64,000 nt of DNA from assembly GCA_039591655.1 (NCBI GenBank), contig JBDHDE010000035.1, positions 1 through 64,000 of the forward strand, written 5' to 3'. This document shows positions 58,308-64,000 of this stretch, in pieces. Both the position numbers and the translations under genes were made by a program. Source of the stretch: Gemmatimonadota bacterium (GTDB lineage: Bacteria; Gemmatimonadota; Gemmatimonadetes; Gemmatimonadales; GWC2-71-9). How positions within the stretch are numbered: the first letter of the stretch is position 1; every line of letters begins with the position of its first letter. The notes under the pieces were generated by a model. The model made no database searches and was not told the origin of the DNA. It saw only the letters and a program-made list of their open reading frames with translations.

Positions 58308-58808
58308 ATGAACAGTCTTGCATTTGCTCGACTCGGTCTCGGCCTGCTCGGGGTATTGGCGGCCGTTCTGGGTGTAGTTGCGTTTCCTGGGCTCGCTGGC
58401 ACCGCCACGCTCGTGGTGAGAGAGCACGGCATGAGTGTAGGTATTGTGGCCGTCCTACTCCCTTTCTTGCTCGTTTGGATCGTGTCCTATTATCTCGTCT
58501 TCCGCAATCTCACCCTCGCCAGGCTTCTCTCAGCTCCGAACCAGGCGTCCGACCAGGCCGAGTCCCCGTTGCTGCTGCAGGTTTTGGTGGGCCTTGCTGG
58601 CATGCTCATCCTCGCATACTCGCTCCCTGGCGTCACTACGAGCGTGGGTGTGATCATGACACAGGGTTCGCTGACGCTAGGTCGCGAGGTCTGGACCGTC
58701 ACCGTTGCGTACATCGCCCAAGCAGGGCTCGGGCTCGCTCTTGTGCTACGCCCACATATCTTTCTTCAGCTCTGGAGCCGTCGTGACGCTGAGGGCGGCA
58801 CCGTCTAA
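58308..58808 (+). CDS. Hypothetical membrane protein, cassette-like
   Basis: GGAGG RBS, four TM helices; stop TAA lies inside GTCTAAC (R''-like). Confidence 0.6.
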   Translation: MNSLAFARLGLGLLGVLAAVLGVVAFPGLAGTATLVVREHGMSVGIVAVLLPFLLVWIVSYYLVFRNLTLARLLSAPNQASDQAESPLLLQVLVGLAGMLILAYSLPGVTTSVGVIMTQGSLTLGREVWTVTVAYIAQAGLGLALVLRPHIFLQLWSRRDAEGGTV

Positions 58809-59037
58809 CGACTTCGGGCCCCGCCCCCCGCACCTCCCAGAACTCCACTGCCGATACAAGAGTGCCCATTCGTAGGAGCGGGGTAGCGAGTGTCCCGACC
58901 CTCTCACCCTACGTTGCGCCACCGAGTCCCTCGGTTAGATTCGGGGCTTTGTTTGGCTTGAGTCCCAGTCTGTCGGCCGATCGTACCGAGGGCCCCCTCC
59001 CACGGCCTTCCACGTGAGGCTGCGGTCGGCCGGTCGC

Positions 59038-59056
59038 ATGCGCAGGGTCGTTAGGC
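59038..59056 (+). other. Partial attC-like site (right arm)
   Basis: ATGCGCAGGGTC-GTTAGGC versus ATGCGCAAAGTC-GTTAGGT at 60049-60067. Confidence 0.55.
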
Positions 59057-59124
59057 GTCATGCGTTCGGCACGGCCGCCCTGTGGTGCCAGCCACGAGCG
59101 CTTCCGTTAACCTAGGAGTTTCCG

Positions 59125-59511
59125 ATGAGTGTGCGAGTTGTCCGCCTCGGAACCCCGCGGAATCCGGGAGAGGGAACAAGGATCGGAACTGTTCGCCGCC
59201 CTCCCCGTGGTGTGCCGAAGGCACTGTTCTCGGCGCAGAACTGGTACGACGTCTGGTTCCCGAACCTGGCTCCAAGCGTGGAGACCATGAAGCTCGGGCA
59301 AGAGGCCACGTCGCCAGCACAATGGGCGGTGTTCATGAGGAAGTACAAGGCCGAAATGGCTGCGCTTGAGGCAAAGCACGACTTGAAACTCCTGGCGGTG
59401 CTATCTCACACGACAAACTTCTCTGTGGGTTGCTACTGCGAGCACGAGAGTCGCTGCCACCGTTCGGTCTTGAAGCAACTTCTCATCGCGAACGGGGCGA
59501 AGGTCGAGTAG
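59125..59511 (+). CDS. DUF488 family protein
   Basis: GTRIGTVRRPPRGVPK, LAPS, GCYCEHESRCHRSVL. Confidence 0.8.
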   Translation: MSVRVVRLGTPRNPGEGTRIGTVRRPPRGVPKALFSAQNWYDVWFPNLAPSVETMKLGQEATSPAQWAVFMRKYKAEMAALEAKHDLKLLAVLSHTTNFSVGCYCEHESRCHRSVLKQLLIANGAKVE

Positions 59512-59527
59512 TCATGTTTGCGAAACA

Positions 59528-59911
59528 ATGACGACGCTCACCGAGTCGCAGCTGCGAGATTGGCTCGATGCCTACGGCCGCGCCTGGGAGGGCCGCGACC
59601 CTGATGCAGCGGCGGCTCTGTTCACAGAGGACGCGCAGTACTACGAGACACCGCTCGGTGAGCCAGCGCGGGGGCGCACGGGGGTGCGGACGTACTGGGC
59701 AGCCGCCACAGAGAACCAGCGCGACGTCACGTTTACTCATGAGGTCTTGGCGATCACCGCGAACCGCGGCATTGCTCGCTGGTGGTCCGAGTTCACACGA
59801 GTGGCGTCAGGCGCGGCTGTGCGGTTGGATGGTGTCTTCGTCCTCGAGTTTGGAGAGGATGGCCTCTGTCGTAGCCTACGCGAGTGGTGGCATCGCTCGG
59901 AGGGCAACTAG
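59528..59911 (+). CDS. SnoaL/NTF2-like protein
   Basis: WLDAYGRAWE, LFTEDAQYYETP, LREWWH. Confidence 0.8.
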   Translation: MTTLTESQLRDWLDAYGRAWEGRDPDAAAALFTEDAQYYETPLGEPARGRTGVRTYWAAATENQRDVTFTHEVLAITANRGIARWWSEFTRVASGAAVRLDGVFVLEFGEDGLCRSLREWWHRSEGN

Positions 59912-59917
59912 CAAGAC

Positions 59918-60067
59918 GCCTAACCCGCGCATGAACCTGCGGAGGCGCGATACGTCTCTCAAGAAAGTCGTTGATATGAGCGCCTGGCACCATCCAGGAC
60001 CAGTCGTTGATCAGACGGCGCGCCAGGCGGAGTGGTCGCCCGCAGGTGATGCGCAAAGTCGTTAGGT
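59918..60067 (+). other. Integron attC-like recombination site (complete)
   Basis: R'' GCCTAAC, L'' ATGAACCTGCGG; L' CCGCAGGTGAT, R' GTTAGGT; 150 bp, starts 6 bp after the upstream stop. Confidence 0.75.
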
Positions 60068-60099
60068 GGACAGGTGTAACTCAGGGGAGTGAGTACTGT

Positions 60100-60333
60100 A
60101 TGCGTACGCATCTTCTGATCTCAGCGTTCCTCCTCGTGAGCGGATGCAGCGCGTGCGCCACGGCGACCCCCAAGCAGGACCCGACCCCAGGGGTGGTCTA
60201 CGTGTGCCACGGCAATAACAACCCGCGCTGGCTGCGGATCTCGGCCTCTGCGGCCGACGCTCACCGGCGTCACGGCGATCGTGTTTCGGAGGCGCCCCAG
60301 CGGGAAAACAGTGCGTGCAGCCAAGAAGGGTGA
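60100..60333 (+). CDS. Small lipoprotein with CH...H..HGD motif
   Basis: Lipobox VSGC; VCHGNNNPRWLRISASAADAHRRHGD. Confidence 0.65.
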   Translation: MRTHLLISAFLLVSGCSACATATPKQDPTPGVVYVCHGNNNPRWLRISASAADAHRRHGDRVSEAPQRENSACSQEG

Positions 60334-60404
60334 GGGTTCGACAGCGGACCTGCTGTCCACCGCGGGCGCTGTCACAGTGAGTGTCACAGTGTTGGGAAGC
60401 GAAC

Positions 60405-60442
60405 GCCCCACAGCCACTTAAGTGACTGTGGGGCTTTGTGTT
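60405..60442 (+). terminator. Intrinsic terminator-like hairpin
   Basis: GCCCCACAGCCAC/GTGACTGTGGGGC stem followed by TTTGTGTT. Confidence 0.55.
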
Positions 60443-60451
60443 ACCTTCCCA

Positions 60452-60575
60452 TGAGCCTTTGGCTCCGGAGGCAATGCCCGGACGCTCACCGGCGCTCGTG
60501 GGCGCTCGTTCTGCCCGATTCTCCTGATCTGAACGCTCATAGGCGCTCATACGCGCTCGTGGGTGTTGTGAGAAT
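60452..60575. repeat. att-like repeat copy 2 with CGCTC periodic repeats
   Basis: Matches 53756-53828; preceded by TGTCACAGTG doublet at 60370 and 60382. Confidence 0.85.
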
Positions 60576-60664
60576 GTCTACAAGCGCGAGCTCTAGCTCG
60601 TCGGCTTCCGCTGTGAGTATCGTACTGGGTACGCTTCGTACTTAATCGAAGACCAGGAGAGGTC

Positions 60665-61702
60665 ATGAAGATCGCCCAAGTAGCCCCACTCTACGAGAGT
60701 GTGCCCCCCAAGTTCTACGGCGGCACGGAGAGGGTGGTCTCCTACCTCACCGAGGAGTTGGTGCGGCAGGGACACGAGGTGACTCTGTTTGCCAGTGGCG
60801 ACTCGGTCACCCGGGCCAATCTGGTGCCAGCCTGGCACCGTGCACTGCGGCTGGACAAGCGCTGCATCGACCACTTTGCCCACCACGTCCTATTGATGGA
60901 GAAGGTGTTCCAGGTTGCTTCGGATTTCGACATCATCCACTGGCACATCGACTACTTCCATTTCCCGCTTTCCCGGCGCCATCCCTATCCTCAGCTGACC
61001 ACCCTTCACGGGCGCCTCGACCTCCCTGACCTGGTGCCCCTGTACAAGGAGTTCACGGAGATGCCGGTGGTGTCCATCTCCGACGCCCAGCGCACACCGC
61101 TGCCCTGGGCCAACTGGCAGGCGACGGTATATCACGGTTACCCCATTGATACCTACAGATTCGCCGAATCGCCCGGTGAGTACTTGGCCTTCTTGGGTAG
61201 GATCTGTCCGGAGAAGAGGGTGGATACCGCCATCGCTATCGCCAAGGAGGTGGGCATGCCGCTCAAGATCGCCGCCAAGGTGGACAAGGTGGATGAAGTG
61301 TACTTCGCTGACCAGATCAAGCCCCTGCTCGATCATCCCTCGGTGGACTATGTGGGGGAGATCGGAGAAGGTGAGAAGAGCGACTTCCTGGGTGGCGCCG
61401 CGGCGCTCTTGTTTCCGATCGATTGGCCGGAGCCGTTCGGCCTAGTGATGATTGAAGCCATGGCGTGCGGCACCCCGGTCATCGCCCGCAACCGGGGGTC
61501 GGTTCCGGAGGTGCTGGAGCAAGGGGTGACGGGCTTCATCTGTGACGGCGTGGAGGACTCGGTCCTTGCCGTCAAGCGCTTGGACACCCTGAGCCGGAAA
61601 CGGTGTCGGGAGGTCTTCGAGAGCCGGTTCACCGTCACCCGGATGGCGGAGGATTACATGAAGCTCTATGAGGAGGCCATCTCTGATCGGAAGCAGCGGT
61701 GA
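60665..61702 (+). CDS. Glycosyltransferase family 4
   Basis: MKIAQVAPLYESVPPKFYGGTERVV, FLGRICPEK, WPEPFGLVMIEAMACGTPVIA. Confidence 0.92.
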   Translation: MKIAQVAPLYESVPPKFYGGTERVVSYLTEELVRQGHEVTLFASGDSVTRANLVPAWHRALRLDKRCIDHFAHHVLLMEKVFQVASDFDIIHWHIDYFHFPLSRRHPYPQLTTLHGRLDLPDLVPLYKEFTEMPVVSISDAQRTPLPWANWQATVYHGYPIDTYRFAESPGEYLAFLGRICPEKRVDTAIAIAKEVGMPLKIAAKVDKVDEVYFADQIKPLLDHPSVDYVGEIGEGEKSDFLGGAAALLFPIDWPEPFGLVMIEAMACGTPVIARNRGSVPEVLEQGVTGFICDGVEDSVLAVKRLDTLSRKRCREVFESRFTVTRMAEDYMKLYEEAISDRKQR

Positions 61703-61755
61703 CACTCGGATCCCGCCCGCCGGTCGCCTCCCCTCACCAGCCCGCCACGGGTATC

Positions 61756-63999
61756 CTATTTCCTGAACACCACCTTCTTTCCCGCGGGAATGTCGCGCAT
61801 GTGTCCGTAGATCCTGATCGGTAGGCGCTTGCGAGCACTGCGGGCCAGCAACCGAACCTTGTCGTGCTCGATGGTGATCGCTAGCTCCGCTCCCTGCCAG
61901 CGGTATGAGAAGGACAGTTCCTTCCACTCTCTCGGCAAGCGGGGCCTGATCTGCAGGATACCCTTGCTGGGGTACACTCCTCCGAAGCCGGCGATGGCTG
62001 CCTGCCACGCGTTGCCCAAAGAGGCAGCGTGGATGCCCTCCGCGGTATTGCCCATGGTGTTCTGCAGATCAATGAAGAGAACATCGCGGAAGAAACTGCT
62101 GGCTGCCTCCAGGTCCCCTACGTCAGCCGCTATCATCGCGTGCGTTCCCACGCTCAAGGAGGACTTGTGCACCGTGCGGGGCTCGTAGAACTGATAGTTG
62201 GCCTTCTTCGTGTGGGCGCCGAAGATGCCAGACAACAGCTGCAAGAGCATCAGTACATCTGCCTGCTTCACCAACTGCGTCTCTCCCACATCCTGCCAGA
62301 GGAAATTCTTAGGCAGCTTGGGCAGGCCGTACTCATTGTGGTTGCTCAGTCGGATCCGTCGCCTCTTGAAGTAGCCGTCGAACTGCTCGATCACCCCATC
62401 CTTGCGCACCTTCATGGCTAGGCGGGGCGCGATTCGCTTCCAGCTGGTGATCTCGCCGCTCTTGAGATCTATGCGCCGGCACAGAGCCGCGAATTCCCGG
62501 GGGAACTCCGATTTCATATGGAGAGCCATGCGGCGGGCGACGAGCAGATTCCACTTGGCCATCATGTTGGTGTAGGCATTGTTGTCTACGTCCTCGTGAA
62601 ACTCATCGGGTCCGATCACCTTCTTGATCTCATAGGAGTCACTTCGAGGGTTGTGCTCGACCCGGCTCGCCCAGAAGCGAGCGGTCTTGAACAGCATCTC
62701 AAAGCCGCAGGCGAGCATGAAGTCATCGTCGCCGGTGGCCACATAGTATCGGTGCACGGCATAGGCGATGTCGGCCGTGATGTGGTGCTCCTGCTCATGG
62801 GTGTGGATGGGGATGACGGAACCGTTCAGTCCCTTGGCCCAGGAGGGGGTCTCCTCCTCCCCCGTGCCAGCAGACTCCCAGGGGTACATGGCCCCGCGGT
62901 AGCCCCGTGCCGTGGCAATCTGCTCGGCGGCGTTGAGGCGATCATACCGATAGAGCAGCATCTCCGCCGCCGCCCACGGGTGGGTGTGGGTATAGAAGGG
63001 CAGCAGGAAGATGTCGGAATCCCAAAAGATGTGTCCGCGGTAACCCTCGCCGCTCAGGGTCTTGGCCCCGATGCTGCCCCGGCTGCCGGGGGCGGGAGCA
63101 CTGCAGAGGAGGTGGTAGGTGTTGAAGCGCAGGGCCTTCTGCACGTCGGGGGCGCCTTTGACCGTGATGGCAGCAGGACCCCACAATTTTTGCCAGCCGC
63201 GGACGTGATCGCGAGTCAACTGTGGGATGCCGCGACGGACGGCAGCCTTCAGGTGGGATCTGGCCGATTCACCCAGCCTGGCCGCGCTTAGATCGCCGGA
63301 GCTGTGGATCACAAAGACCTTGGCTAGCGATACCGTCTCGCCCTTCTTGAGACGGATGTGGAAATGGCTGTCCCGTGCCACCCGGCGCTTGCCCCCTTGC
63401 TGAATCATCACGGTGGTGGCGAAGGCCACCGAATACCCTCCGTCCAGACCGGCGATGCGCACGTACTCGGTTCCTCCTTTGTGTGCCACCTCGCGAATCC
63501 GCCAGTGCTTCTTCCGCCCCTCTGTCACCGTCCCGGAGTTCCACACGGACAGGTCCAGGGCCGCCTCCACAACCAAGTCGGCAGCGCCCTCCGAGGCGGT
63601 GAGGTTCACTTGCATCACGCCCAGGTTCCGATCGGCCATACTCAAGAAGCGCACGGACTCGTAAAGGAACTTCCTCTTTCGCGTGTCGCGATAGGTGGTT
63701 TGTCGGAAGAGCAGTCCGTGTTTGAGGTCCAACTCTCGTCGGTGGGCAGTAAAGTCCATGGCTACAATGCCCAGTTTCTCACCTTTGAGAGCAAACCAGA
63801 GACGGAAGGGATTTGGCATGTTCACCAGCTCCGCCACTAGGGAGCCGGTCCGATCAAAGAACCCGGCGAGGAAGGTCCCAGGCTGGGAATCCTGGGGCAG
63901 TTCCTCATAGATACCACGGCTGCCGAGCAGCCCGTTGCCGAGGGTGAACTGGGCTTCCCTCACCCCTTGCTGGGAGGGATCCCACGACTCTTCGGTGAC
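61756..63999 (-). CDS. Glycoside hydrolase family 65 (kojibiose/trehalose/maltose phosphorylase-like), 5' end beyond window
   Basis: LGNGLLGSRG, GEGYRGHIFWDSD, GPDEFHE, KQADV, HKSSLS; frame is open to the window edge. Confidence 0.9.
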   Translation of the reverse strand, partial: VTEESWDPSQQGVREAQFTLGNGLLGSRGIYEELPQDSQPGTFLAGFFDRTGSLVAELVNMPNPFRLWFALKGEKLGIVAMDFTAHRRELDLKHGLLFRQTTYRDTRKRKFLYESVRFLSMADRNLGVMQVNLTASEGAADLVVEAALDLSVWNSGTVTEGRKKHWRIREVAHKGGTEYVRIAGLDGGYSVAFATTVMIQQGGKRRVARDSHFHIRLKKGETVSLAKVFVIHSSGDLSAARLGESARSHLKAAVRRGIPQLTRDHVRGWQKLWGPAAITVKGAPDVQKALRFNTYHLLCSAPAPGSRGSIGAKTLSGEGYRGHIFWDSDIFLLPFYTHTHPWAAAEMLLYRYDRLNAAEQIATARGYRGAMYPWESAGTGEEETPSWAKGLNGSVIPIHTHEQEHHITADIAYAVHRYYVATGDDDFMLACGFEMLFKTARFWASRVEHNPRSDSYEIKKVIGPDEFHEDVDNNAYTNMMAKWNLLVARRMALHMKSEFPREFAALCRRIDLKSGEITSWKRIAPRLAMKVRKDGVIEQFDGYFKRRRIRLSNHNEYGLPKLPKNFLWQDVGETQLVKQADVLMLLQLLSGIFGAHTKKANYQFYEPRTVHKSSLSVGTHAMIAADVGDLEAASSFFRDVLFIDLQNTMGNTAEGIHAASLGNAWQAAIAGFGGVYPSKGILQIRPRLPREWKELSFSYRWQGAELAITIEHDKVRLLARSARKRLPIRIYGHMRDIPAGKKVVFRK

Positions 64000-64000
64000 C

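Larger units (their letters stand above)
53756..60472. mobile_element. Putative integrase-less genomic island carrying cassette-like genes
   Basis: Bounded by direct repeats TGAGCyTTTGGCTCCGGAGGC (53756, 60452) with inner inverted GTGACA/TGTCAC doublets; unrelated co-oriented ORFs and attC-like sites inside. Confidence 0.6.

Noticed and set aside
58803..58940. Complete attC from GTCTAAC to GTTAGAT
   Set aside because: R boxes are complementary but no matching L boxes are visible
60481..60565. CRISPR array from CGCTC repeats
   Set aside because: Period is about 10 bp with no unique spacers, and no cas genes

Overview
GC-rich bacterial chromosomal window, most likely from a Gemmatimonadota-type anaerobe or facultative anaerobe. 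This is inferred from protein-family style (Ser/Thr kinase-TolB-TPR, BTAD regulator, DUF1640-like ORFs) and was not checked by a search. 1-8 kb: a minus-strand anaerobic benzoyl-CoA degradation cluster (TetR, had, oah, SDR, SCP2-type thiolase + DUF35, Bzd-type class I benzoyl-CoA reductase subunits). 8-21 kb: secreted peptidases (tandem S9B paralogs, serine hydrolase, M61) and a kinase. 21-48 kb: an unannotated 29-aa basic peptide, a frameshifted mmuM, an isocitrate dehydrogenase with a CxxC..CxxC insertion in its active-site loop, an Ala-Cys-Gly MIO ammonia-lyase followed by a HypD-type glycyl radical enzyme and its activase, a Cys-less PurF, NDH-2, idi and others. 49-51.5 kb: a ~250-bp direct repeat. 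53.7-60.6 kb: an integrase-less island bounded by direct repeats whose core resembles a tRNA-Arg(CCG) anticodon arm, with inverted TGTCAC arm-like sites; it carries cassette-like genes, integron attC-like sites and an ankyrin-ExbD-ExbD-TonB fusion. The window ends with GT4 and GH65 genes. No rRNA, complete tRNA, CRISPR array, transposase or integrase was seen. All family calls come from motif recognition by eye.
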